64,000 bases of DNA from Octopus bimaculoides (Eukaryota), in contig NC_068993.1 in assembly GCF_001194135.2 (NCBI RefSeq), positions 39,706,413 to 39,770,412 of the forward strand, read 5' to 3'. Position 1 is the first letter of the stretch, and each line of letters begins with the position of its first letter. A program made the translations under genes and the position numbers. Positions 37,521 to 50,068 of this stretch are shown here, one piece after another. The notes beneath the pieces are model-generated. The model had not been told where the DNA came from and ran no database searches. It saw nothing but the letters and a program-made list of their open reading frames with translations.

Positions 37521-37724
37521 GCAACGTCAATATTAGCAATAGCAACTGAAAAGAAAAAAACAAGTTTTCCCATTTTGTAGCGATAATTTTAATAATTAGC
37601 TCTTTATCTCCTATTTCTGTGTCTTTATTATTATTAGTTGTTGCTGGTCACTTCTCTGTAGAAATATGTCTACCTTCGTTTTCATATGTTCTCCCTTTCT
37701 CTCAGTCCCCATCTTACTTTCTCT

Positions 37725-37882
37725 TTCTTTCTTCCTTTCTTTCTTTCCTTCTTTCTTTCCTTCTTTCTTTCTTTCTTTCTTTTTTCTTTCTTTCTTTCTT
37801 TCTTTCTTTCTCTTTATCTCTCTCTCTCTCTCTGTTTATATACATGAATGTATATGTATGCATATATATATATATATATATA
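37725..37882. repeat. (CTTT)n/(CT)n/(TA)n tract
   Basis: Visible tandem units. Confidence 0.9.
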
Positions 37883-38110
37883 TGGGAGAATATACAAAAA
37901 ATAACAACAGACGAGGACAGGTGGTGTAAATAACAAAAGTATATATTAGTATGACGCTCGGGAATACGGAAAGTCTTTGACGTTTCGAGCTACGCTCTTC
38001 AACAGAAAGAATACGGAGACAAGGAGAAAAAACACGGAGAAAAAAAATTGAATAGTGTTCAGTCAACGGTCAATCATAATAATGGCCGATCATAACAATG
38101 GCTGACCGGA
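37883..38110. mobile_element. interspersed repeat resembling a Penelope-like terminal repeat
   Basis: Starts after (TA)n, as the 26309 copy does. The minus strand contains TTGAAGAGCGTAGCTCGAAACGTC, a degenerate hammerhead-core-like string; the family assignment is inference. Confidence 0.5.
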
Positions 38111-39070
38111 AGTTAGAAATTCTTATTNNNNNNNNNNNNNNNNNNNNNNNNNNNNNNNNNNNNNNNNNNNNNNNNNNNNNNNNNNNNNNNNNNNNNNNNN
38201 NNNNNNNNNNNNNNNNNNNNNNNNNNNNNNNNNNNNNNNNNNNNNNNNNNNNNNNNNNNNNNNNNNNNNNNNNNNNNNNNNNNNNNNNNNNNNNNNNNNN
38301 NNNNNNNNNNNNNNNNNNNNNNNNNNNNNNNNNNNNNNNNNNNNNNNNNNNNNNNNNNNNNNNNNNNNNNNNNNNNNNNNNNNNNNNNNNNNNNNNNNNN
38401 NNNNNNNNNNNNNNNNNNNNNNNNNNNNNNNNNNNNNNNNNNNNNNNNNNNNNNNNNNNNNNNNNNNNNNNNNNNNNNNNNNNNNNNNNNNNNNNNNNNN
38501 NNNNNNNNNNNNNNNNNNNNNNNNNNNNNNNNNNNNNNNNNNNNNNNNNNNNNNNNNNNNNNNNNNNNNNNNNNNNNNNNNNNNNNNNNNNNNNNNNNNN
38601 NNNNNNNNNNNNNNNNNNNNNNNNNNNNNNNNNNNNNNNNNNNNNNNNNNNNNNNNNNNNNNNNNNNNNNNNNNNNNNNNNNNNNNNNNNNNNNNNNNNN
38701 NNNNNNNNNNNNNNNNNNNNNNNNNNNNNNNNNNNNNNNNNNNNNNNNNNNNNNNNNNNNNNNNNNNNNNNNNNNNNNNNNNNNNNNNNNNNNNNNNNNN
38801 NNNNNNNNNNNNNNNNNNNNNNNNNNNNNNNNNNNNNNNNNNNNNNNNNNNNNNNNNNNNNNNNNNNNNNNNNNNNNNNNNNNNNNNNNNNNNNNNNNNN
38901 NNNNNNNNNNNNNNNNNNNNNNNNNNNNNNNNNNNNNNNNNNNNNNNNNNNNNNNNNNNNNNNNNNNNNNNNNNNNNNNNNNNNNNNNNNNNNNNNNNNN
39001 NNNNNNNNNNNNNNNNNNNNNNNNNNNNNNNNNNNNNNNNNNNNNNNNNNNNNNNNNNNNNNNNNNNNNN

Positions 39071-39120
<50 letters not shown>

Positions 39121-39264
39121 GGTGTATACTTTTGTATGTATATGTTTGTTTATAGATGTATTCTTGAAACATGCCGGCATCGTTCTTCTCAGACAGTAAC
39201 CTTCTGTAATAATTCTGCTTAAAGCAGGAATCCAGAATTTTCTCTTGAGATTCATCTGTATTAA

Positions 39265-39470
39265 CATGACGATGATTATAATAATAAGGGTGATGATGAT
39301 GATGAAGGCGATGATGATGATGATGATGATGACGACGACAACGACGACGACGACAACGACGACGACGACGACGACGGTGATGGTCCTGGTGGTGGTGGTG
39401 GTGGTGTTGATTATGATAATAATGATGATGTTGGTGACGGTGATGACGATGACGACGATGACGATGAGAA
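39265..39470. repeat. degenerate (GAT)/(GAC)/(GGT) microsatellite
   Basis: Visible tandem units. Confidence 0.9.
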
Positions 39471-39879
39471 TCCTACTCATCGATATTATCATTAACAATA
39501 TTATTAGCACCGTCATTGTCAGCATCACCACCACCACACTCACAAAGAGGATCACGATCGCTCTTTCCCCCGTCTTCTCACTCTCCACTCAACCATTTCA
39601 TCTTCTTCCACCTCATCCTTCCCTTCTCATCAACATCATTATTAACATCATCAAGATCATCAAGCAAAGACCATCATTTCCGTGAATAGGAACTAAAGAG
39701 AGGAAAAACTAATGTGTAATGCGTGTGGAGGGGGGGGGGCTGCGTGTGCGAGCGTGTGTGAGTGCGTGTGCGTACATATATGTATATATACACACATATA
39801 TATATATAGAGAGAGATAAGTTTGATAAGGAAAAAGAGGAAATGAAACAAGGAACATGCATGGGAATTTTTGGGTTTTC

Positions 39880-39956
39880 TTGTGACTATACATGTGTGTA
39901 TATGTGTGAGTGTGTGTGACTCTGCGTACGAGTGTATGAGTGTATGATACGTATAT

Positions 39957-40026
<70 letters not shown>

Positions 40027-40100
40027 CGATGCGTGTATGTATATGTGCGCATATATGTGTGTGCACATATATGTATATACAGAGACACACACATGTATAT

Positions 40101-40169
<69 letters not shown>

Positions 40170-40524
40170 CATATATATACATATATGTATATATATATGT
40201 ATGTATATGTGTATACACATAAGTACATACACACATTCATACTTTCATACATACATACATGTCAAACATAAAAGAATGTGTGTTGATGTCTCAGTGTGTG
40301 TGTGTGTGTCTACATACGTTAATGTATGTGTGAGTGCGTGTGTTTAAGCGTGTGAGTTTCTTTTGATTTAACAAATGCTACAATGGAATAAGTTTATTAT
40401 GGAAATAGAAACATCTAGAACTAATAAAAGAATGAGTGAGAATGTATATATGTGTGTGTGTGTATGTGAAAGTACATACAGATAAATGCATATGTATACA
40501 TACACATATACATGTATATATATG

Positions 40525-40561
<37 letters not shown>

Positions 40562-40700
40562 NNNNNNNNNNNNNNNNNNNNNNNNNNNNNNNNNNNNNNN
40601 NNNNNNNNNNNNNNNNNNNNNNNNNNNNNNNNNNNNNNNNNNNNNNNNNNNNNNNNNNNNNNNNNNNNNNNNNNNNNNNNNNNNNNNNNNNNNNNNNNNN

Positions 40701-40738
<38 letters not shown>

Positions 40739-40740
40739 TT
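39880..40740. repeat. (TA)/(TG) microsatellite field with N-gap 40562-40700
   Basis: Visible tandem units. Confidence 0.9.
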
Positions 40741-41058
40741 TGTTTGCGTATGAGCTTCAGAAATAAATGGATGAAAAAAAAAATTAAATGGAAGTTTCAA
40801 AGGGAGGAAATGATAACAGTGTATGCTAACAGTGTCTTCTTTAAAATAATGTAAAAATAATGAGAATTTATATCAAACAAACAATAAAACAAATAAACAT
40901 ACATACACACAATCGAACAAATCTATATAGAAAAGAACAAAAATCTTAAAAAGTACAATTATATATAGATGTATGTATGCACACACATACACGCACACAC
41001 GCACATATAAACACACATAAATTGATCTTTGTATGGGATATACCTATCATATATAACG

Positions 41059-41089
<31 letters not shown>

Positions 41090-41658
41090 ATATAGATAAA
41101 CTACTATATATATATATTATATATACATAATAATAGTAGTTGTGAGTAACTTACATAAAAATATAATATACGAAGTGCAATTATTATTTGTTAAAAGACT
41201 AAAAACCTTGTGTAGAGTGAATATATANNNNNNNNNNNNNNNNNNNNNNNNNNNNNNNNNNNNNNNNNNNNNNNNNNNNNNNNNNNNNNNNNNNNNNNNN
41301 NNNNNNNNNNNNNNNNNNNNNNNNNNNNNNNNNNNNNNNNNNNNNNNNNNNNNNNNNNNNNNNNNNNNNNNNNNNNNNNNNNNNNNNNNNNNNNNNNNNN
41401 NNNNNNNNNNNNNNNNNNNNNNNNNNNNNNNNNNNNNNNNNNNNNNNNNNNNNNNNNNNNNNNNNNNNNNNNNNNNNNNNNNNNNNNNNNNNNNNNNNNN
41501 NNNNNNNNNNNNNNNNNNNNNNNNNNNNNNNNNNNNNNNNNNNNNNNNNNNNNNNNNNNNNNNNNNNNNNNTGTATATGACAGATATGAACAGTCTAGAT
41601 AAGGGTGGAATTCAAGAGTAGACTGTTAAGTTTGATACCGGATATATATATTTATATA

Positions 41659-41780
41659 CGGGTGGGGGGTGGGGGAGTTTTGAGCCTTCAAGACCTTTGA
41701 GCCTTGATGTCTTCTATCTTCAACAGAAGTCTTGTACCGTGTTTTTTTTTTTAGGCTCAAGACTTTTCATACATCCCTCG
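41659..41780. mobile_element. short mariner-type MITE (about 122 bp)
   Basis: Right end AGGCTCAAGACTTTTCATACATCCCTCG-TA; left end TA-CGGGTGGG...GAGTTTTGAGCCT. TIR type is similar to 21373 and 47690. Confidence 0.65.
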
Positions 41781-41782
41781 TA

Positions 41783-42036
41783 TATATAAAGAAGCCTGCT
41801 TCCCAGCTACATGGTTCCGGGTTCAGTCCAACTGCGTGGCACCTTGGGCGAATGTCTTCTACTTTAGGCCGACAAAAGCATTGTGAGGGGATTGGGTAGA
41901 CGGAAATTGAAAGAAACCCGTCGTATAAATGTATATATATGTATATATTTCTGTGTGTTTGTCTTTGTACCCCCACCATCGCTTGAAAACCGATGTTGGT
42001 GTGTTTACGACTCTGTAAGTAGTGGTTCAGCAAAAC
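41783..42036 (+). mobile_element. SINE family A, truncated at both ends, followed by (ATC)n
   Basis: ACATGGTTCCGGGTTCAGTCCAACTGCGTGGCACCTTGGGCGAATGTCTTCTAC...GAAAGAAACCCGTCG...CGATGTTGGTGTG. Confidence 0.9.
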
Positions 42037-42640
42037 ATCATTATCATCATCATCATCATCATCATCATTAATTTCGTCATATTGTTGTATATTTTTGTCT
42101 CAATTTCGTACTTTTATTTTTATTTATTTATTTATTTATTTTTTTTTTTGGTTTTACACTCCATTATTTCACTCTCCATTATTTTCTCCGTTTTGAAAAA
42201 TAAGCAAAAAGATACTTTGTTTATTATATTCTTTGAATTTTAAAACCTTAAATCTTATTATTGCTATTCTGTTAGCAGTTTTAGTTGCCAGCTACTGTTA
42301 TTCTCAAAATAATATATTTTTCATACTGCGTTTATAATTATTTAGGTGTGTGTTTAACTGCATGGCAATATAAGATGATAATACATGACAGTTATGTTCC
42401 CAGGCTTTTTAAAATTTCAATCTTAATTCAGTATTGTTTAAATCACGTCTTACTGAATGAAGTTTAGAAAGAATGCAACACATTTCTTCACATTCTTACT
42501 CATATCTCTTATGATTAATACGAATACGAACGTTTGCATGCTTGCATATATACATGTGTATATATGTATATATATATGACATGTGTGTGTATATTATATA
42601 TATATGTATACATGTATGTATATATATATATGTGTGTGTG

Positions 42641-42683
<43 letters not shown>

Positions 42684-42968
42684 ANNNNNNNNNNNNNNNN
42701 NNNNNNNNNNNNNNNNNNNNNNNNNNNNNNNNNNNNNNNNNNNNNNNNNNNNNNNNNNNNNNNNNNNNNNNNNNNNNNNNNNNNNNNNNNNNNNNNNNNN
42801 NNNNNNNNNNNNNNNNNNNNNNNNNNNNNNNNNNNNNNNNNNNNNNNNNNNNNNNNNNNNNNNNNNNNNNNNNNNNNNNNNNNNNNNNNNNNNNNNNNNN
42901 NNNNNNNNNNNNNNNNNNNNNNNNNNNNNNNNNNNNNNNNNNNNNNNNNNNNNNNNNNNNNNNNNNNN

Positions 42969-43020
<52 letters not shown>

Positions 43021-43679
43021 TCAGACAGACAGACAGGCAGACAGACAGACAGACAGACAGACAGATAGATAGATATAATGTATGTATTTTTAGATATAAT
43101 CAGCAGAAAATTTGCAAACGGGTCGAGAATCTTTGTCAATGCCATCTACCAAATTCTTGAGTCGTTATTCTGCCGTTTAACATATACATATTTGTGTGTG
43201 AGTGAGTGTGTGTGTGTGTGTGTGTGCGTGTGTGTGTGCGTGTGTGTGTTTGTGTTTGTGTGTGTGTGTGTTTATCTGTGCATGTGCGTGTGTTTGTATG
43301 AATGTGTTTGTGCGTGTATGCTTAAGACAATAAATTCCGTGATGCGAGCTGAGTGATAGCTGATCATTAAATACCTGGTGTTGCCAACGTTATACTTATT
43401 GATGCTGACTGTTGCAGAAATTCTGCTTCTAATTATAAGATGTTTGAATTTCACAAATTATCACCAATATTCGAAACAGTGAGTGGATTTATCGTTGGAA
43501 GTGTGCATAAACTTCAGAAAATGTGATTTTCATGTAATGCGTCTGTTTGGAGTATTTCAGGCCCTAACCTGTAGGTTTTATGGGATTTTTTGAACGCACC
43601 GAGAAGCTGTCAGTGGATATACTCTCTTTTGTAGCAGTCGGCGCTGTGTCTAACACGACCCATCATCTGAAATGTTGAC

Positions 43680-44163
43680 ACCTACTTCGGGTTTGTTGTC
43701 CTACTTCACTCATAAAGTAAATCTGGAGGAATTGTGATTGTTCATTTGTGGGTAACAGGGAACCAATGAGGTGATAGACTTGCCCTTGAACTTTGACGTC
43801 AGCGTAAATTCATGTTTATCTATCTTCTTAGATGCACCAAACAATGTCATTTGCAGAGTTGTATTGTCTGATATTGTTCAGAAAAGCCTTTGACTGGATG
43901 GAAATGCCTTCTAGAAGATCCATAAGATGTTGAGAAGGAGCTAGTAGTGCTGGCAATGTTACCCGACCAGCTGAGCAGCACATACCATTTGTTTCATTTG
44001 AAAATTTGAAAGCTCTACAGAAAAGACAAATTGTGTTTGGCACACCAATTTGGACAGAGTTATTATCTTTATAAGAATGGGATGGATCATATCGGAAAAC
44101 AGCTTCAGGAGTTGTGAAGAACGAATTTGCACGTAGTCTGTTTCTGAGAACTATTCTAATCAT
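43680..44163 (-). mobile_element. Helitron Rep/Helicase N-terminal fragment (zinc-finger-like region), frameshifted
   Basis: FRYDPSHSYKDNNSVQIGVPNTICLFCRAFKFSNETNGMCCSAGRVTLPALLAPSQHLMDLLEGISIQSKAFLNNIRQYNS; frameshift to QMTLFGA; frameshift to KVQGQVYHLIGSLLP...FLQIYF. These are hallmark motifs of animal Helitron transposases. Confidence 0.9.
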
Positions 44164-45107
44164 TAAAACATTGATTTAATGATCCAGCATTAAGTGCTGC
44201 AACATGCATTTGCTGATGTTGAGAAAATCTCATCTAGCTTCTCTCTTCAGACTCTCGCCTTCGGTTTTCTACAATCCTCCTTGCTTTATGCTTGTTTCTA
44301 GAGAGATTACGTTTTTTCTTTGGTGGCATATTTTTCCCAATATTGTAAACAAAAAAAATATGAACGTAGAAAGAAATTATACATTAATCTCTATTTTTGT
44401 AAGCAGTTGTAGCCATAAAAATTTCATTTGAAGAGAGGAGATATTGAAAGAAAATAAAGCGAAAAGAACAGAGAAAGAAAGTGAAAGATGTATGAACGTC
44501 TATTTGAAATGGACGTGTGTATGCGTGTATGTGTTTGTGTGTGTATGCATGCGTGCTTGCGCGTGTGTATGTGAGAGAGAAAGAGGGTGAGAAAGAGAGA
44601 TAGAGCGAGTGAGTGAAGGTGTGTGTCGCGATGATTGACGTCTTTTAATGTACACAAACATAAAGAAAATGTGACGTCATCGTATAAAATTTTTACGATA
44701 GTTGATTTATGGAAAAGATTATGTTACATTTTTGAAATGCAAATATGTGAATGAAAATTAAGTTTAATTTGTAGCCAAAATAATACTGAATCTTTTGATA
44801 CCCCATACATCAAAATCTGTTACTCGGTTTTGGAAAGTATAAGGAATATATAGTATCAATGAGACAGACCTCTACATGGTAGCTAGTCCTGGTAGAAATA
44901 GCAGTCAAATCTCCCTCAAAACACCCTACTGTCTTAATCCGACAATTCTGCCTATTATGTAGTTTGAATGAGAAACTGTAATGTGTGCCGGTGTGTATGT
45001 GTGCGTGTGTACACACCACACATATGTGTGAGACAATATGTGAGTGCATTTTATGCTTCATAGCTCACTATGTGTGAATCTCTCCGTCCGTCTATTATCT
45101 ATCTATC

Positions 45108-45145
<38 letters not shown>

Positions 45146-46169
45146 CGCCATCAATCTTTCTTTATCTAGCATNNNNNNNNNNNNNNNNNNNNNNNNNNNN
45201 NNNNNNNNNNNNNNNNNNNNNNNNNNNNNNNNNNNNNNNNNNNNNNNNNNNNNNNNNNNNNNNNNNNNNNNNNNNNNNNNNNNNNNNNNNNNNNNNNNNN
45301 NNNNNNNNNNNNNNNNNNNNNNNNNNNNNNNNNNNNNNNNNNNNNNNNNNNNNNNNNNNNNNNNNNNNNNNNNNNNNNNNNNNNNNNNNNNNNNNNNNNN
45401 NNNNNNNNNNNNNNNNNNNNNNNNNNNNNNNNNNNNNNNNNNNNNNNNNNNNNNNNNNNNNNNNNNNNNNNNNNNNNNNNNNNNNNNNNNNNNNNNNNNN
45501 NNNNNNNNNNNNNNNNNNNNNNNNNNNNNNATATATATATATATATATACACATACATACATACATATGTATGTATACATGAATATGTACATATTCTTTT
45601 CCTTACATCCTGGGTGAAGATTACTTTCAAGAACAATGAAAAATTAGGTTTACGAATAGAGTGTAATAATAACTTAAACGTTATGTTATGGATAACTGTG
45701 ACATTATAAGCTATAAGGTCAGTTTCTTATATAATATCTGTGCAGAAGACGTTTTCAGATAGATATATCTTGACTGGATATACTGTCGGGTATGTTTAAC
45801 ATTTCGGCCAATACTTCAGATGAGTTTTATGGAAAATATCAAGTGATAAGAATGATGTAATCCAGCACTTAAAATATTTGACACTTAAAATACATCGCTT
45901 ATTGTGTAATTCGTATAATGTGTCTTGTTGTGTGTTCTTATCGATAATCTGGTGCTCTTAGGGAAATTTCGTATTTTCGCATCTGAAAGGAAAATAGTCA
46001 TGAATACATATCAATAATGCTGCTTGGAAACAAGTACTGTTTTTGCATTTGCAAATAAACAAGATATCAACAGTCAAGAAAAATTTTATTTTATTTCTTA
46101 TGTGGCGTAAAGAATTTAGATTGCAGAATCGTTTACCCGTGTGACAAAATGCCATATTTTGTAATATTA

Positions 46170-47130
46170 GTTCCGTTTCTTTACGTTCTGATTTCAAATC
46201 CAGCCGCGGTTAATTTTGTCTTTCATTCTTTTAGGTTCGTTGTTTTAGAGTTCTAAGATTCTCTTCTAAAATTTGTTAGTCTAACTCCATAATCAAACCA
46301 TTGGTGAGTCAATGAAAGATCTTCCGTTATTTGTTTGGCTCTTTACGTTATGATTACAAAACCCACTGGGGTCAAATCTACGCTTCGAGCATTGGGGATC
46401 GTTATAATTAAACACCAGTAAAGTTCTGATGTTGCTCTAATCAACTAAGTTACACTCCAGAAAATTGTTACTCTGGTGCCCAGATGAGAATCTAAAGCGG
46501 TGAGGTGGGTCGAAAAATTATCTTTCGTTATTTTGTTCTGATTTCCAAGCGGTCCGAGGACATATTTGCCTTTCTGATTCGGTACAAGAAAGTACCATGG
46601 AAATATTAAGGTCAATTTATTTGACTAACCACTTCACTAAAAAGTTTTGGCCTAAATTAGAAATCATTGTTGTTATCCTGCGAGCTGGCAGAATCATTTT
46701 CACGGTGGGCAAATTTTTAAGAATTATTTCTTCCGAATCTATGTGCTAAGCTTAAATTCTGCTGAGGTCACCTTTGTCTTCAGAGGCGATAAAATAATTA
46801 TCAGTAGAACACTGGGGTTGATGTAATCGGCTCACAACTTCTAAAATTGCTGGTTTTGTGCAAAAATTTAGAAATCTTCATTCATTTAATCTCTAGGTGG
46901 TTGCTAAAAATTGTGTATTAGTCAAGTATTTTGGTTGACTTATTCCCACCAAAACATCTGTTCTTGTGCCTAAAATGAAAGTATTTCGTACTTGTCGAAT
47001 TGGTAGAATTGTTAGAATGTTGGGCAAGTTCCATGAAGTATTTGTACCAGCACTTTAAGTTCTGTGTTCAAATTTCACCGAGATCAACCCAATGTTTTAA
47101 GGTATTGGACTGGCGGATTTATAAAAATGT
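46170..47130 (+). mobile_element. cluster of about 5 old, diverged SINE family B copies
   Basis: Recurrent TTCTGA..TTCAAAT..TTTG(C/T)CTTTC and ACTGGGG..GATGTAATC motifs at about 46180, 46350, 46530, 46680 and 47000. Confidence 0.7.
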
Positions 47131-47689
47131 CATACAGAATGAGTCCCTGTGTTTGTTCATAGGTTATATGAATAGTAATCTAAGTTCATCTCCCGGTTAA
47201 ACACACTACCTGGCACCTTACAAGCATGTGGGCCAGGATTTCGGTTTGAAGATATCTTTGTCACCAGTCTCGGAGGCCCTGTAAAGTTTCAGAGGCACTG
47301 CCTTCTTTTCTGACTAAACAGATAAAGCATTTCAAATGTGTACATTGTCGACTGCCGTATATGCTAGTAACAGAAACCAAAATCCTTTGATATAACACTT
47401 TACACTGTGCCATTAAAACAAGAATTATTTCTAGATGATAATCATAAATATACGGTCCATGGAAGAGAGCAAAATCTATGAGTTCGCCACAACTGGAATA
47501 TCTTTGAATCATAGATCCACTTGATCAGAGTTAACTTGGAGTTAAACACTACGGAAACATCATACAACATTGGAAAATGTCGCTGGGTTCTCGAGCTGCT
47601 AGAAATAGCAACCATATGCACAATCTTTCATATGCGTGCTACTGCGGTAAAGACGAATTGACACACTAAATAAAGTAGTCCTACGTATA

Positions 47690-48175
47690 CAAGGAGCATT
47701 CGTGAAGTTTTGAGACTTTTTTTGAGAAAGACAATTATTAATGTGAAGAAAGTGCAAAACTCTAATCTTCGAAGTAGGATCATCTGACTTCAGTGCAGTT
47801 TTTGTAGCGCTCCAGTCACCAAATAGAGGCCCTACAGAAGCCCTCAAAAAGTGAAGCCCTCAAAAAGTGAAGCCCTCAAAAAGTGAAGCCCTTCAGGATC
47901 CTTGTAACAGTCTCCCTCATGTCTTTAAAACGACATCTATCGAGGTTCTCCTTCAGCTTGTGGGAAGTGAGGCGAGGCAAACAAAAGTTACAGTGAACAA
48001 GGTGTGGACTGTAGAGAGGGTGACGGATACTTTAGATACGCATCTCTGTCAAATAGTTGTTTATTTCCAGGATGGAATTGTGTGCAGGATCATTGACTTA
48101 GTGCAGATGATGTGTACCCTTGCGACGAAATCTCTTTCTGAACATTTTCAAAAGCACTCTTTGTTCAACGTCTGA
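47690..48175 (-). mobile_element. Tc1/mariner transposase relic with 3' TIR
   Basis: QTLNKE; KRFRRK; NDPAHNSIL; HPLYSPHLVHCNF; KLKENL; LERYKNCTEVR*SYFED*. TA-CAAGGAGCATTCGTGAAGTTTTGAGAC forms the TIR at 47690. Confidence 0.9.
47837..47892. repeat. perfect 16-bp tandem repeat x3.5 (GAAGCCCTCAAAAAGT)
   Basis: Exact copies at 47837, 47853 and 47869, with a partial copy at 47885. Confidence 0.95.
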
Positions 48176-48559
48176 CGAAAGGGAACCCACTAGATGTAGA
48201 TTGTGTCCTTACTATCAAAAAGGGTGGTAATAATGTGTTTCTAGCTTGACATGCATTGTCTGCCTTTTTGTACCAGCGAAAAACATATACTGGGTATATA
48301 GTGGTTAATCCGTAAGCAGTCTGAAGAGTTCCAGTTTCACAGAAAACACTATTGCATAGTGAGCTGAACAATTGTCATCGGGACCTGACTGCATTCAGCA
48401 AACTAGTGTTTAGTAGGATGACAAGTAATTTCAATATGGTATGTGCAAAGTGCTGTTACAGCAATCTGGTATAACAAACATCGACAGCTCAGCTTATTAG
48501 GTGTATAATAATGATATACTGAAATTACAATAACCGAGAGCACAGAGCGCAAACGAGCA

Positions 48560-48862
48560 GCTTTCTTAGGTAGCAAATCGGTAAAAAAAAAAAAAAACCG
48601 AATTTTGCCTTGTACGGTTGTGTATCCCACCACGATTTCCTGCCCCAAACCAGTTTCCAGAGCACAGTTGAGGGAGGGCGAAAGTGAGGCAGACAGAGAA
48701 AATCCTGGTTTTACAACATCAAGAACTGGACGGGTCACAACACAGCGACACTATTACGCATGACAGAGAGCAGAGACCAATGGCGACGGCTGACTATGAA
48801 AGCGACTAGAGTGGCACCCCAACGACTGGCTGCATCAGTTAAGAGATCTTGATGTTGATGAG
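48560..48862 (+). mobile_element. RTE-clade LINE 3' end
   Basis: HDFLPQTSFQSTVEGGRK*GRQRKSWFYNIKNWTGHNTATLLRMTESRDQWRRL...PQRL (48631-48852) matches the RTE C-terminal GTVEG.R.RGRQRK.W.DNIK.WTG motif. A short GAT tail follows. Confidence 0.85.
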
Positions 48863-49416
48863 AACAGTGATAACGGCCGCTCCTGAAAACCTTTCAAACT
48901 CCTGGAAACCGTATTTGAAATAAGACTGGAGGGTCAAGGTTTTGGTGTCTTTCATCGGAGAAGAGCAACAACGTCTATACCAACAACAACTACAACAGCC
49001 ACAAATTATTAAATGTTTTGTTTTTGCATTCACTTGCTTTCCATTATTTAATATGCATTTTTTTTATAGATTTACATTTGTTATGTTTTTGATTTAGTTA
49101 TTTTTCACATATTTTCCATTAATTACTTATTAATTAATTTCTTATTAATTCCTGCTCCATCAAAAATATTTTTTACAAATGCAAATTCATGTAAGCATAA
49201 AATTTTCAAGAATCTTTGCTAATTATTAATTTTTTTTCATTTAACCTTTGGAAATAAGTGCAGTTTGCGTATGTACGTTGATATACACATACATAGTTAC
49301 ATACATGTAACTATGTACGTATATGTATGTATATAAATTAAATATGTATATATGTATGCGTGTATGTATGTATTATGTATGTAGCTATGTACGTATGTAT
49401 GTATGCATGTATGTAT

Positions 49417-49478
<62 letters not shown>

Positions 49479-49711
49479 NNNNNNNNNNNNNNNNNNNNNN
49501 NNNNNNNNNNNNNNNNNNNNNNNNNNNNNNNNNNNNNNNNNNNNNNNNNNNNNNNNNNNNNNNNNNNNNNNNNNNNNNNNNNNNNNNNNNNNNNNNNNGA
49601 TAGATAGATACATACAATCATACATACATAGATAGAAAGATTCAAGATTAGAAACAAGGAAACAAAATAACAGTTTATGAACACTCAGTTGTAAATACAA
49701 CAATTCCTACT

Positions 49712-49718
49712 CCTGCTC

Positions 49719-49782
<64 letters not shown>

Positions 49783-49790
49783 AACTACTA
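49712..49790. repeat. (TAC)n microsatellite
   Basis: Visible tandem units. Confidence 0.95.
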
Positions 49791-49985
49791 TAGGCACAAG
49801 GCTTAAAATTGTGAGGGGAGGGATTTTCTTTATTGTATCGACTCCAATAGGCAGCTGGTTTTTATTTCATTTTTTCGGGTTCGAGAAAATAATTACCAAT
49901 CATGTACCGGGGTCGATGAAACTGACTAGTCCCCCTCTTTTAAATTTTTAGGCTTTGTACGTTTAGCAGAAAGGTTTATCATTAT
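49785..49985. mobile_element. fold-back pair of SINE family B 3' halves (- then +)
   Basis: CTACTATAGGCACAAGGCTTAAAATT...CTGGTT, then TTTCGGGTTCGAGAAAATAATTACCA...GGCTTTGTACGTTTAGCAGAAAGG. Confidence 0.75.
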
Positions 49986-50014
49986 TATTAATATAATCAT
50001 TATCATCATCATCA

Positions 50015-50067
<53 letters not shown>

Positions 50068-50068
50068 G

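Noticed and set aside
47261-47512. 83-aa minus-strand ORF (MIQRYSSCGELIDFAL...)
   Set aside because: No family recognised and no convincing splice sites; it lies between decayed SINEs and a mariner.
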